Shown here in pieces: positions 1 through 8,907 of a stretch of 64,000 nucleotides of DNA. A program made the position numbers and the translations under genes. Each line of letters opens with the position of its first letter. Positions within the stretch are counted from its first letter, which is position 1. Source of the DNA: Phycisphaerae bacterium (GTDB lineage Bacteria > Planctomycetota > Phycisphaerae > JAAYCJ01); NCBI GenBank assembly GCA_012729815.1, contig JAAYCJ010000014.1, forward strand, positions 1,043 to 65,042. The letters are read 5' to 3'. The notes under the pieces were generated by a model. That model searched no databases and was not told the origin of the DNA. It was given only the letters and a program-made list of their open reading frames with translations.

Positions 1-651
1 CATCGTCTCGGCTGCCACGGACCCATCAAAACCCCTGATGCGTTTCCCGATGACGCTTCGAAATTGGCCTATTGGGTCAATGCGCATAACGCAGTGGCTT
101 TGCTGGCTGCGGTGCGAAAGTACCCGGCCAAGCGCCTCAAGCCGCCGTTCGGGGATTTTGCCCAGACGACCACCGCCTGGATCGACGGCCGCCATCTGAG
201 CCTTGCCCAGATTGCCCAGTTTGCCCGGTCGGCCAGACCCGACGATCCGCGGGTGGATCTGGCCCTGGCCTATCCGACCAAGGGCGGCGGTTCGCGGTTC
301 GGTTTTGTCCTCAAGCCGCGGGAGGACCTGGTGCAACAGTTGCACAGTTTATTCGTCCGTTCGCTGGACGATTCGGCCGCCATCAACATCGACCACGCCC
401 GCTGGACGCTGTGGCTGGGCCGGCCGATCTGGGACAATCGCGACCGGTATCTCGCGCAATACCGCGACCAATACGGCACAGCGGCGGGCAACATCGTCAA
501 CGCCCTGGCGGACCTGGCCAATCCCAGCCAGCGCCGCCGGCTCAACACCGCCATCGGCTACAAGATCAAACCCCAGTCCTACGACTGGTCGCTCAATGCG
601 TCTGAACCCTACAAGTGCTCTCTTTCTGAATCAACGGAGGTTGTTCGATGA
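1..651 (+). CDS. DUF547-domain protein (5' partial)
   Basis: Frame is open from base 1. Motifs 'LAYWVNAHNA' and 'DPRVDLAL' and the C-terminal 'YDWSLN' are typical of DUF547. Confidence 0.7.
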   Translation, partial: HRLGCHGPIKTPDAFPDDASKLAYWVNAHNAVALLAAVRKYPAKRLKPPFGDFAQTTTAWIDGRHLSLAQIAQFARSARPDDPRVDLALAYPTKGGGSRFGFVLKPREDLVQQLHSLFVRSLDDSAAINIDHARWTLWLGRPIWDNRDRYLAQYRDQYGTAAGNIVNALADLANPSQRRRLNTAIGYKIKPQSYDWSLNASEPYKCSLSESTEVVR

Positions 652-2369
652 CATCGGCCCAGGACCTCGAGGCCTACAGACAATTCATCCGGGAACGTGC
701 CCAAAGCAAGGAATACGCCGACTTTATGAAGGACCTGACCTGTCGGCTGGTGGAAATAGAAAACACGCCCACCCAGCCGCTCGATCAGATCGCCCGCAAC
801 GAAAAGCAGGTCTTCGACCTGATTGAAGAGGCCCTGCGGGCCTTCGCCGACGGCCGCATCGCGATCGAGCGCCAGCCGATCAACCCGGGCATCGCCCACC
901 ATCCCTATTTCTCCCGGCTTTACTACACCGCCGACGAGCGGCACCCTGAGGGTCGCGACGTCGAAACCACCTACAAGGACCGGTGCAACATGCTGGTGCT
1001 GGTCGACGCCGGTCAGAGCAAAAGCCAGGGCCGGCCGGCCATCCTCAACGCCCACATCGACACCGTCGCCCCGTTCCTTCCCTGCCGCCTCGACGGCCAG
1101 CAGATCCACGGGCGAGGCACGGTCGACGACAAGGGCCTGGTCGTCATGCTCGTCGCCAGTCTCAAGCTGCTCAAGGAGGCCGAGGCGAAATTCGGCCCCG
1201 TCATCGGCCAGCCGCTGGTCTACCAGTTCGTGATCGAGGAGGAAACCGGCGGCAACGGCTCGCTCTCGGCCTCGCTCGACGAGCGGTTCCGGGGCTACGA
1301 GGCGATCATCTGCGAAGCCACCGAGCTGCGCCCGCATCCGGCCAACCGTGGGGCCATGTGGTTCAAACTCGATTTCACCAGCAAGGGCAGCGGCTTCGAC
1401 ACCGCTGAGATTCTGCCCTTCATCCTTGTCGAACTGGCCACCGAGGGCCAAAAGCTCCGCCAGGAGAGCAACGAGCCCCTGTTTCCCCGCGACTACGTCC
1501 AGGTCAACCTCGGCGCCCTCGATCACTTCGGCAAGCACCCAGCCACCATCAACGACTACGTCGCCTTCGAACTGGGCCTCGACTACAAGGGCCCGGAGGG
1601 CGAGCGGGTCGCCTCGCGCCTCATCAACATCATCGAGGCCGGCGTCAAGCAGTACTGCGTTCAGTATCCCGACCGCACCGCCGAAGTCGATCCGGAGACC
1701 GGCAAGCCCAAGCTCAACGCCCACTACAAGCTGACCACGATGGACCGCGGCAACCACGACCGCCGCTACAAGCTGGAGGTCTTCGGCCTCGGCGGCCACA
1801 TGAGCACGCTGACCCTCCGCGACAACGCGATGATCAAGGCGGGTTACCTGCTCAAAGGGTTGGTCTGCTCGTACAAGAACCTGCCGGGCCTGGCCTTGCG
1901 GGTCCGTGTCCTCGACGACGCCGACGGCGACCGCTGCACGATCACCGGCGGCGTGGGCTTTACGCCGGCCCACCGCATGGCCGCCCTCCAGGACCGCCTC
2001 AAGGGCGCCGTGGCCCAGGGATTCCAGCTTTTTAACCGCTGCGCCCAGGGCAGTGTGGCCGCCGACAGCTTCGCGATGACCTTCGACATGCTCCACAACG
2101 AGGCTTACGTCTCGCCGGTCGACTGCCCAGCCATGAAGGCGTTCAAGTGGGCCTTCGACGCCCGGGAAATGCCCTGGCCGACCCCGCTGGCCTTCCGGGC
2201 CAGTTGCGACGCCCGGATCTTCGGCAACAGCGGCCACAACACCGTCACCTTCGGCCCCGGACAGCTCTCGCAGGCCCACGGCGACCACGAGAAAATCTCC
2301 CTCCAGGAGTTGCAGGCCGGGCTGGAAGTGGTTACCTTGGCTACCCTTGCCCTGACCACCGGTCAGTAG
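648..2369 (+). CDS. M20 family metallopeptidase/deacylase (ArgE/DapE-like)
   Basis: Metal-site motifs NAHIDTV, GRGTVDDKG, IEEETGG, CEAT and QAHG. ATGA overlap with the upstream stop. Confidence 0.85.
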   Translation: MTSAQDLEAYRQFIRERAQSKEYADFMKDLTCRLVEIENTPTQPLDQIARNEKQVFDLIEEALRAFADGRIAIERQPINPGIAHHPYFSRLYYTADERHPEGRDVETTYKDRCNMLVLVDAGQSKSQGRPAILNAHIDTVAPFLPCRLDGQQIHGRGTVDDKGLVVMLVASLKLLKEAEAKFGPVIGQPLVYQFVIEEETGGNGSLSASLDERFRGYEAIICEATELRPHPANRGAMWFKLDFTSKGSGFDTAEILPFILVELATEGQKLRQESNEPLFPRDYVQVNLGALDHFGKHPATINDYVAFELGLDYKGPEGERVASRLINIIEAGVKQYCVQYPDRTAEVDPETGKPKLNAHYKLTTMDRGNHDRRYKLEVFGLGGHMSTLTLRDNAMIKAGYLLKGLVCSYKNLPGLALRVRVLDDADGDRCTITGGVGFTPAHRMAALQDRLKGAVAQGFQLFNRCAQGSVAADSFAMTFDMLHNEAYVSPVDCPAMKAFKWAFDAREMPWPTPLAFRASCDARIFGNSGHNTVTFGPGQLSQAHGDHEKISLQELQAGLEVVTLATLALTTGQ

Positions 2370-2432
2370 GGCGGTTCGAGGCCCGCCGCCCCGGCTGCAC
2401 CCTGGACCCACAGTGAAAGACAGGAATCCGTA

Positions 2433-3611
2433 ATGACTTCGCAATCGAAACTCCGGATCGGCGTCGTCGGCCTCGGCCGGTACGTCGAGATCGCCCACAT
2501 GCCCACCTACTTCGAGAGTCGCTACGCGTCCGCCATCGAGGTTGCCGCCCTCTGCGACGTCAGCGAGGAACGCCTCAAGGAGTGGCGGCAGCGCTACGGC
2601 GTGAAGTCCGGCTATACCGACTACCGTAAGATGCTCGCCGACCAAAAGCTGGATGCCGTGGTCGTGGTCACGCCGGACCACCTGCACACCGAGGTGACGT
2701 GCCAGGCCCTCGAAGCCGGCTGCGACGTGCTGGTCGAAAAGCCCCTGGCCACCGATATCGGCGAGTGCCACAAGATCATCCAGACCGCCCGTCGGCAGAA
2801 GCGCCGCGTCATCACCGACTTCCACAAGCGCCACGACCCAGCCCACCAGGAGGGGCGGGCCCGGATCACCACCGACAGGAAGTACGGCCAGGTCCAATTC
2901 GGCTACGTCTGGATGCTCGATACCATCAACGTCCCAGCCCCGGGCTTCTTCAAGTCCAACTTCGCCGAAAAAAGCTCCCCGGTCTGGTTCCTCGGCGTCC
3001 ACTTCTTCGATCTGATCCGCTTCATGACGGACCTGAACCCCATCGAAGTCCGCGCCACCGGCTATAAGCAGGTCCTCAAGGCGATGGGCATCAACACCTT
3101 CGACGCGGTCAAGAGCGACATGGTCTTCGATAACGGGGCCGCGATCAGCTTCTACCTGTCCTGGAACCTGCCCGAAGGCGCCCCCTCGTTCACCACCCAA
3201 GGCCTGTATCTCCAGTTCGAAAAGGGAGATATGAAAATCGACACCCGCGACCGGGGCATGACCGAGCTCAGCGGGGCCGGCTACAAGACGGTCAACCCGA
3301 TGTACACCCGCCGGACCGACCGCGGGTATGCCGGGTATGCCCACGAGAGCATCGGCGATGCCCTCATCGAGTTTCTCGAACTCAAGCAGAACGGCCGGCG
3401 AACCTACGACGACCTGGAAAAGGCTGACCCCTCCGGGATGGGCGGCTTCTATTCGACCCTCATGGCCCAGATGACCCACGAGAGCCTGGCCCGCGGCAGG
3501 AGCCTCTCCGGCGGCCAGGTCGCCCTGGGCGGTGCGATGGACGTCAACGAATACATCAAAGAAAAACTCGGCCCGGATGCCGATGATTATCTGGTACAAT
3601 ACCCGTCGTAG
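2433..3611 (+). CDS. Gfo/Idh/MocA family oxidoreductase
   Basis: Rossmann motif IGVVGLG, plus TPDHLH, VLVEKPLA and GVHFFD. Confidence 0.9.
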   Translation: MTSQSKLRIGVVGLGRYVEIAHMPTYFESRYASAIEVAALCDVSEERLKEWRQRYGVKSGYTDYRKMLADQKLDAVVVVTPDHLHTEVTCQALEAGCDVLVEKPLATDIGECHKIIQTARRQKRRVITDFHKRHDPAHQEGRARITTDRKYGQVQFGYVWMLDTINVPAPGFFKSNFAEKSSPVWFLGVHFFDLIRFMTDLNPIEVRATGYKQVLKAMGINTFDAVKSDMVFDNGAAISFYLSWNLPEGAPSFTTQGLYLQFEKGDMKIDTRDRGMTELSGAGYKTVNPMYTRRTDRGYAGYAHESIGDALIEFLELKQNGRRTYDDLEKADPSGMGGFYSTLMAQMTHESLARGRSLSGGQVALGGAMDVNEYIKEKLGPDADDYLVQYPS

Positions 3612-3617
3612 GCGTCT

Positions 3618-4739
3618 ATGCCCGAACCGGTAAGCCCACAACACGGCAACCACCGTTCGCCCAGAAAGGCGGCCGAACTGGCTGCGCACCTGGAGGCCCA
3701 CGGCCTGCGGGTCCATCTGGCGGGCGATCCGGACCTGGTGATCCGCGACGTGGCCACCATCGAGGAGGCCGGACCCGGCGACATCACCTTCCTGGCCAAT
3801 CGCAAGTACATCCGGCAGATCAACGAGACCAAGGCCTCAGCCATCATCCTTCCTGAAGCGGTCTCGGGACCGGAGTACTTAACGCAACTGAAGGTTGATG
3901 ACTCTTACTACGCATTCATGCTCATCATGGTCCTGTTCTACGGCCATCGGACGGCGCCGTTCGAGGGCGTCGATCCGACCGCTCGGATCGCCGAGACCGC
4001 CCGGATCGGGGCTAACCCGCGGATCGGCGGCCAGGTGACCATCGCCGCCCACGCGGCCATCGGTGATGGGGCCGTGATCTATCCCGGCTGCTTCATCGGT
4101 CCCGGGTGCCGGATCGGTGATAACGTGACGCTCTATCCCAACGTCACGCTCTACAACGACACCCACGTCGGCCATAACGTAATCATCCAAGCCGGGGCGG
4201 TGATCGGCCAGGACGGCTACGGCTTTGCCACCCACAAGGGCATCCACCACAAGATCCCCCAGGTCGGCAACGTGGTCATCGAGGACGACGTCGAGATTGG
4301 GGCCAATTGCGCGATTGAGCGGGCCACCATGGGCAGCACGGTCATCGGGAGGGGCTCGAAGCTCTGCGACCTGATCGCCATCGGCCACGGCACCCGCATC
4401 GGTCCGCACTGCCTGCTGGTCGCCCAGGTGGGCATCGCCGGGTCGGCCAAGCTCGGCCATCACGTGACCCTCGGCGGCCAGGTCGCGGTCAACGGCCACA
4501 TCACGATCGGCGACTGCGTCACCGTCGGGGCCAAGGCTGGGGTGGTCAACAACGTTGAGGACAACGAGACGCTGCTCGGCCAGCCCGCTGTGCCCATCCA
4601 GGACGCCAAACGCCGCATCCTCATGCTGGCCAAGTTGCCGGAGATGCGCGACCAGCTCAAACGGCTCCAGAAGCGCATCGAGCAGCTTGAGCATGGGACC
4701 GGCGGACGGATGGCCAGAAAAGACTCTGCTGAATCGTAA
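3618..4739 (+). CDS. lpxD: UDP-3-O-(3-hydroxyacyl)glucosamine N-acyltransferase
   Basis: N-terminal 'AGPGDITFLAN' domain, hexapeptide repeats, 'GQDGYGF' and 'KIPQVGNVVIEDDVEIGAN'. Confidence 0.95.
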   Translation: MPEPVSPQHGNHRSPRKAAELAAHLEAHGLRVHLAGDPDLVIRDVATIEEAGPGDITFLANRKYIRQINETKASAIILPEAVSGPEYLTQLKVDDSYYAFMLIMVLFYGHRTAPFEGVDPTARIAETARIGANPRIGGQVTIAAHAAIGDGAVIYPGCFIGPGCRIGDNVTLYPNVTLYNDTHVGHNVIIQAGAVIGQDGYGFATHKGIHHKIPQVGNVVIEDDVEIGANCAIERATMGSTVIGRGSKLCDLIAIGHGTRIGPHCLLVAQVGIAGSAKLGHHVTLGGQVAVNGHITIGDCVTVGAKAGVVNNVEDNETLLGQPAVPIQDAKRRILMLAKLPEMRDQLKRLQKRIEQLEHGTGGRMARKDSAES

Positions 4740-4794
4740 CTGCGCCTCATGCCGGCCGACTTTTTCTTGCCCGGATGCAACCGCTGGAGTACTA

Positions 4795-4823
4795 TTGAGG
4801 TACAAATTGTTTAATGGTATCAT
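4795..4823 (+). promoter_or_regulatory. Putative sigma70 promoter for the TPR gene
   Basis: TTGAGG, 17 nt spacer, TATCAT with a TG extension, in an AT-rich patch. Confidence 0.55.
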
Positions 4824-4880
4824 AAACTCCGGTAAGAAAATGCCTCAGCCGGGCGAACCGGTGAGGCGGGTCAGGCAGAG

Positions 4881-6341
4881 GTGAGCTACAACCCCCCACA
4901 CATTACGGACGAAGCCAAGAAAACGGCTGCCAAGTTCTTCCAGCATGCTCAGACCGCAGCCGATTCGCGGAGCTTCGACTACGCCATCGAGCTTTATGTC
5001 CAGGGCTTGGCCAAAGACCCTGAGGCGGTCGAGAAGGGGCACATGGCCCTGCGCGAGGTCGGCATCCGGCGGACCAACAGCGGCGGCAAGAAGCCCGGCC
5101 TGATGGAATCGCTGAAGATTTCCAAGTCCAAGAAAGACCCGATCGGGGCGATGCTCGCCGCTGAGATGATGCTGGCCAAGGACCCGCTGAACCTCAAGTA
5201 CGCGGAGGAAATGGTCAAGGCGGCCGACAAGTCCGAATTGCCCGAGACCCTCCGCTGGGCCCTGCAGGTCTACTTTGAGCTCTGCCCGCAGGAGAAGAAG
5301 ATCAGCGTCCAGCGGCTGCTGCTGATCAAGAACCTCTACGAGAAACTGGGCGATTACTATCAGAAACAGGACCGGCTCGATCAGACTCTCGAGGCCTACG
5401 AGAAGGGCATCGGGGCGATGAACTACGCCGTCCAGTCGGGCCAGGGCGGCAGCCTCGATCTCCAGAGCGAGCTGAAGAATCTGGCCACCAAACACGCCAT
5501 CCTCCGCGGCAGGTACGAGCGGGGCGACTTCCGCGATTCGATCAAGGACGCCGACGCCCAGAAGCTCCTGCAGGACAAGTCCCGCCAGGTCAAGGGCGAG
5601 GAACTGCTGACCCAGTTGATCGAGAAGGCCCGGGCCGAAGCGGATGCGAACCCGTCGGTGGGGGCCAAGGTGTTTGCCCTGATCGACCTGCTGACCCAGC
5701 GGGGCAAGCCCGAGGACGAGAAGGAGGCGATCAAGATCCTCGACGACGCCCACCAGCGGACCGGACAGTACAGCTTCAAGATGCGGGCCGACGACCTGCG
5801 AATCCGCCATCAGCGCCGGGCGGTCAAACGCATCGAGGCCAAGGTCAAAGCCGAGGCGACGCCCGATCCGACGCTCCAGCAGCAGCTCGCCGACGCCCGC
5901 CAGCAGCAGGCGGAGCGAGAACTGGCCATCTTCAAGGAGCGGATCGAGCAGTATCCGACGGACACGCGGCTGAAGTTCGAATACGGCCGGCGGCTCTACG
6001 AGTCCAAACGCTACGACGAAGCCATCCCGGTGTTCCAGGAGGCGGTCGGCGATCCCCGCCACGCCGTCCGCGCCCGCTACTACATCGGCACCTGCTTTTT
6101 CCAGAAGGGGTGGCACTCGCAGGCCATCGACATTCTCAACGAAGCCGTCGAGCGCTACGAGACCCTCGGCGACGCCCTCTCCAAGGAAATCTTCTACGTC
6201 CTGGGGCGTTCGCACGAGGAGCTGGAGCAGATCGATCAGGCCCTGAAGATCTACAGCCGCCTGATCCAGTGGGACTTCAACTACCGCGACGTCCGCCACC
6301 GGATCGACAAGCTCCAGGCCAAGAAGAAGATCAATTCCTGA
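4881..6341 (+). CDS. Tetratricopeptide-repeat protein
   Basis: All-helical and K/E-rich, with C-terminal TPR motifs (YGRRLYESKRYDEAIPVFQEA, YYIGTCF, FYVLGRSHE). GTG start. Confidence 0.8.
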   Translation: MSYNPPHITDEAKKTAAKFFQHAQTAADSRSFDYAIELYVQGLAKDPEAVEKGHMALREVGIRRTNSGGKKPGLMESLKISKSKKDPIGAMLAAEMMLAKDPLNLKYAEEMVKAADKSELPETLRWALQVYFELCPQEKKISVQRLLLIKNLYEKLGDYYQKQDRLDQTLEAYEKGIGAMNYAVQSGQGGSLDLQSELKNLATKHAILRGRYERGDFRDSIKDADAQKLLQDKSRQVKGEELLTQLIEKARAEADANPSVGAKVFALIDLLTQRGKPEDEKEAIKILDDAHQRTGQYSFKMRADDLRIRHQRRAVKRIEAKVKAEATPDPTLQQQLADARQQQAERELAIFKERIEQYPTDTRLKFEYGRRLYESKRYDEAIPVFQEAVGDPRHAVRARYYIGTCFFQKGWHSQAIDILNEAVERYETLGDALSKEIFYVLGRSHEELEQIDQALKIYSRLIQWDFNYRDVRHRIDKLQAKKKINS

Positions 6342-6484
6342 CCCCTTTCATCCTCTCGAAACGTCCTCCCGGCGAGCCGCTGGTATTGTCGCGGGTGCTT
6401 CTGGTAAACGAATAGGGATCGCTCTACAATGCCACCGATGCAGGAGGCTTTCTGATGCCACAGACAGCAGACGGCAGTAGTTGC

Positions 6485-7903
6485 ATGAATTCGTTGTTCT
6501 TCTTCGACGACTGGCTGCTGTTCGCCCGCGAGGGGCTGGACCGCCGGCAGGGCCGGCCGGAGCGGATTGGCCAGTTCGCTCTGGACCCCCAGGCCGATCC
6601 GGACCTCGAGTCGATCCGGGGTCTGGGCATCGTCCACGACCCGATCGGCGGCGGCTATGAGATGGTGGTGGACTGTCAGTCAAGGTCCGGCATGCGGTTC
6701 TTCACCCGCCTGCGGTCGGACGATCCGTACCGCTGGCCCACGCAGGAATGGAAGAGCGGCTCGGGACCGCTCTGGACCCGGGCGGACAACGTCTACCTCG
6801 ACCAGCACGGTCGGCCTTTGGACTGCTTCAATACCCTGTGCCTCGCGGGCACTCCATTGGCCCAGAAGGGCTACGTCGCCACGTTCTTCGACTATGCCCG
6901 CACGCACCGCGGCGACGCCCACCATTCCCCGCAGCCCAGCGCCGCCATCGGATTCTCCAGAGACGGTCTGCACTTCGAGGTGGAGGCTGGCAACTGCTAT
7001 ATTCCGCATCACAGCGACACCAGCAACCCGCCCATCTACAACCCGTGGACGGGCGAGTTTCTGATCTACTGCCGGCCGGAGCAGTCGGATCGCCGGATTG
7101 GCGTGGTGACGACGAGGGACTTCCGGACGTTCAGCCCCTACGAGACCATCCTGCAGCCCGATCCGCTGGACCCGGTCGGTCGCGAGTTCTACGGTCTGAC
7201 CCCGTGGCTTCAGGACGACCTGTTCGTCGGCACGCTGAGCATCTACGACACCGAACCGACCGAGAAGGCTCACGTCCGGATGCAGGGGATCAACGAGATG
7301 CAGCTTGCCTACAGCTATAACGGCAAGAACTGGTACCGGGCGTCCCGCGAGATGTTCCTGGAGCGGGGCGAACCGGGCACGGACTCCGGCGGCAGCATCT
7401 ATGCGGGCATGCCCGTCCGGACGCCCGCCAATCGGCTGCTCTTTGGGACGATGGTCTCGTGGACCGAGCACGGCATGGACATCGAGCACTGCCCGGAGGA
7501 GTGGAGACGGACTCCCTACCGCAGCTACCTCTACGAGATGCGGCCCGACGGCTTTGTGTTCCTGCGGACCTCGGCCCGGTGCGGACGGCTCCGCACCAAG
7601 GCGATCGTGCCGCAGGGCGGCGAGTTGACCATCAACGCCCTGACCACCCCCAGCGGCCACGTCAAAGCGGTCATGCTCGACGCTCAGACGTTCGAGCCGA
7701 TCCCGAACTACACCCTCGACGAGGCGGTCCCGCTGGTCGGCGATGAACTGGCGGGCGTGCTCCGCTGGCGTGAACGGAAGAACCTGAATGAGCTCAAGGA
7801 CCGCCGTGTGATGCTCGAGTTGCACGTTCGCGAGGCGGACCTCTACGCCCTGCGTTTCCCGTATCGCGTCCACCTGGGCGAATACATCCGCGACCGCGTC
7901 TGA
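6485..7903 (+). CDS. Hypothetical protein, probable glycoside hydrolase-like beta-propeller
   Basis: Asp-box-like repeats (SDDPYRW, SRDGLHF, TRDFRTF, SYNGKNW) and a C-terminal 'LTINA...ADLYALRF' sandwich. The start could be 6455. Confidence 0.6.
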   Translation: MNSLFFFDDWLLFAREGLDRRQGRPERIGQFALDPQADPDLESIRGLGIVHDPIGGGYEMVVDCQSRSGMRFFTRLRSDDPYRWPTQEWKSGSGPLWTRADNVYLDQHGRPLDCFNTLCLAGTPLAQKGYVATFFDYARTHRGDAHHSPQPSAAIGFSRDGLHFEVEAGNCYIPHHSDTSNPPIYNPWTGEFLIYCRPEQSDRRIGVVTTRDFRTFSPYETILQPDPLDPVGREFYGLTPWLQDDLFVGTLSIYDTEPTEKAHVRMQGINEMQLAYSYNGKNWYRASREMFLERGEPGTDSGGSIYAGMPVRTPANRLLFGTMVSWTEHGMDIEHCPEEWRRTPYRSYLYEMRPDGFVFLRTSARCGRLRTKAIVPQGGELTINALTTPSGHVKAVMLDAQTFEPIPNYTLDEAVPLVGDELAGVLRWRERKNLNELKDRRVMLELHVREADLYALRFPYRVHLGEYIRDRV

Positions 7904-7941
7904 GTCGCGTTCTGGCAACCCGTTCTTCAAGGAGGCATCCC

Positions 7942-8856
7942 ATGCCAAGTCGGCCCCTGCGATTGCTCATGGTCGGTTCGCATCCCGCCGATACGTTCGA
8001 TCAGGCGGGAGGGACGTTGGCCCATCACGCAGCCCAGGGCGATCAGGTCACCGCGGTAACCCTGACGACCGGCGCGCGTTCCCACCATTGGCAGCTCATC
8101 GATCAGAAGCGAAAGCTCCAGGAGGAACTCGACGTCGAGGGACTGCTCGAACAGGCGGTCAAGGAGAAGATGGACGAGGTCCGCAAGGCCGCTGCGATTC
8201 TGGGGCTTCACGACGTCCGGACGCTCGGGTTCGAGGACGACGAGATCCTGCTGACCCGCGAGATGGTCGAGGCGGTCGCCGACGTGATTCGCGAGGTCAG
8301 GCCCGACATCATGATCACGCATCATCCTTACGAACTGGGCGGACTGAAGCTGCACGCCACCACCGGCCAGGCTGCGATCTACGCGTTTCAGCAGGCGATG
8401 GGGGCCGGGCGCGGCCGCAAGCCCACCCACTACGTCTCTAAGATATTCTTCATGAACCCGATGGGTTACATGGGCCACAACACCCTGGCCTACGCCTCCA
8501 CCGCCCACATTACGACTATCATCGACATCACCGACGTGATCGACAAGAAGGTGCTTGCGATGGATATGATATCGAGCCAGTACTACGGCGGGGCGTACTC
8601 GCGGAAGTGTCACGAGATCAGCGACGGCCACACCGGCGGGCTAGCGTATGTCGCCTACGGCGAGGCGTTCCAGGCATTCTTTCCCGAGTGCGGATATACG
8701 CTGCCCTTCTCCGAGGCCGACATCCGTAAGGCGGAAGGACTCAGCGAAGAGGGGATGGCGCGGCGCAGCGAGATCGTCGCCGCCCGGATGCCGCTGCCCG
8801 AAGGCATGGGTTTCAGTTCGGAACACCGAATTGCACCGGAGCAGTACCGGACCTGA
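7942..8856 (+). CDS. PIG-L/LmbE family protein (GalB hydratase-like motif)
   Basis: 'MVGSHPADT..AGGTLA', 'IREVRPDIMITH' and 'IDITDVIDKK'. RBS GGAGG. Confidence 0.8.
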   Translation: MPSRPLRLLMVGSHPADTFDQAGGTLAHHAAQGDQVTAVTLTTGARSHHWQLIDQKRKLQEELDVEGLLEQAVKEKMDEVRKAAAILGLHDVRTLGFEDDEILLTREMVEAVADVIREVRPDIMITHHPYELGGLKLHATTGQAAIYAFQQAMGAGRGRKPTHYVSKIFFMNPMGYMGHNTLAYASTAHITTIIDITDVIDKKVLAMDMISSQYYGGAYSRKCHEISDGHTGGLAYVAYGEAFQAFFPECGYTLPFSEADIRKAEGLSEEGMARRSEIVAARMPLPEGMGFSSEHRIAPEQYRT

Positions 8857-8907
8857 CGTTCGTGGAAGGGAAAGAACACCCCGCCTGCCGGTGGGCCGAG
8901 ACAGGAC

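Noticed and set aside
2366-2390. GTAGGGCGG...CCCGCC after the M20 stop as a REP copy
   Set aside because: The stem is short and imperfect and overlaps the stop codon. It cannot be distinguished from an ordinary intergenic hairpin.
609-3716. Long antisense ORFs (also 8923-11238, 27795-30113, 52591-55221, 59819-61771)
   Set aside because: These are shadow ORFs of GC-rich genes on the opposite strand, with no recognisable motifs.
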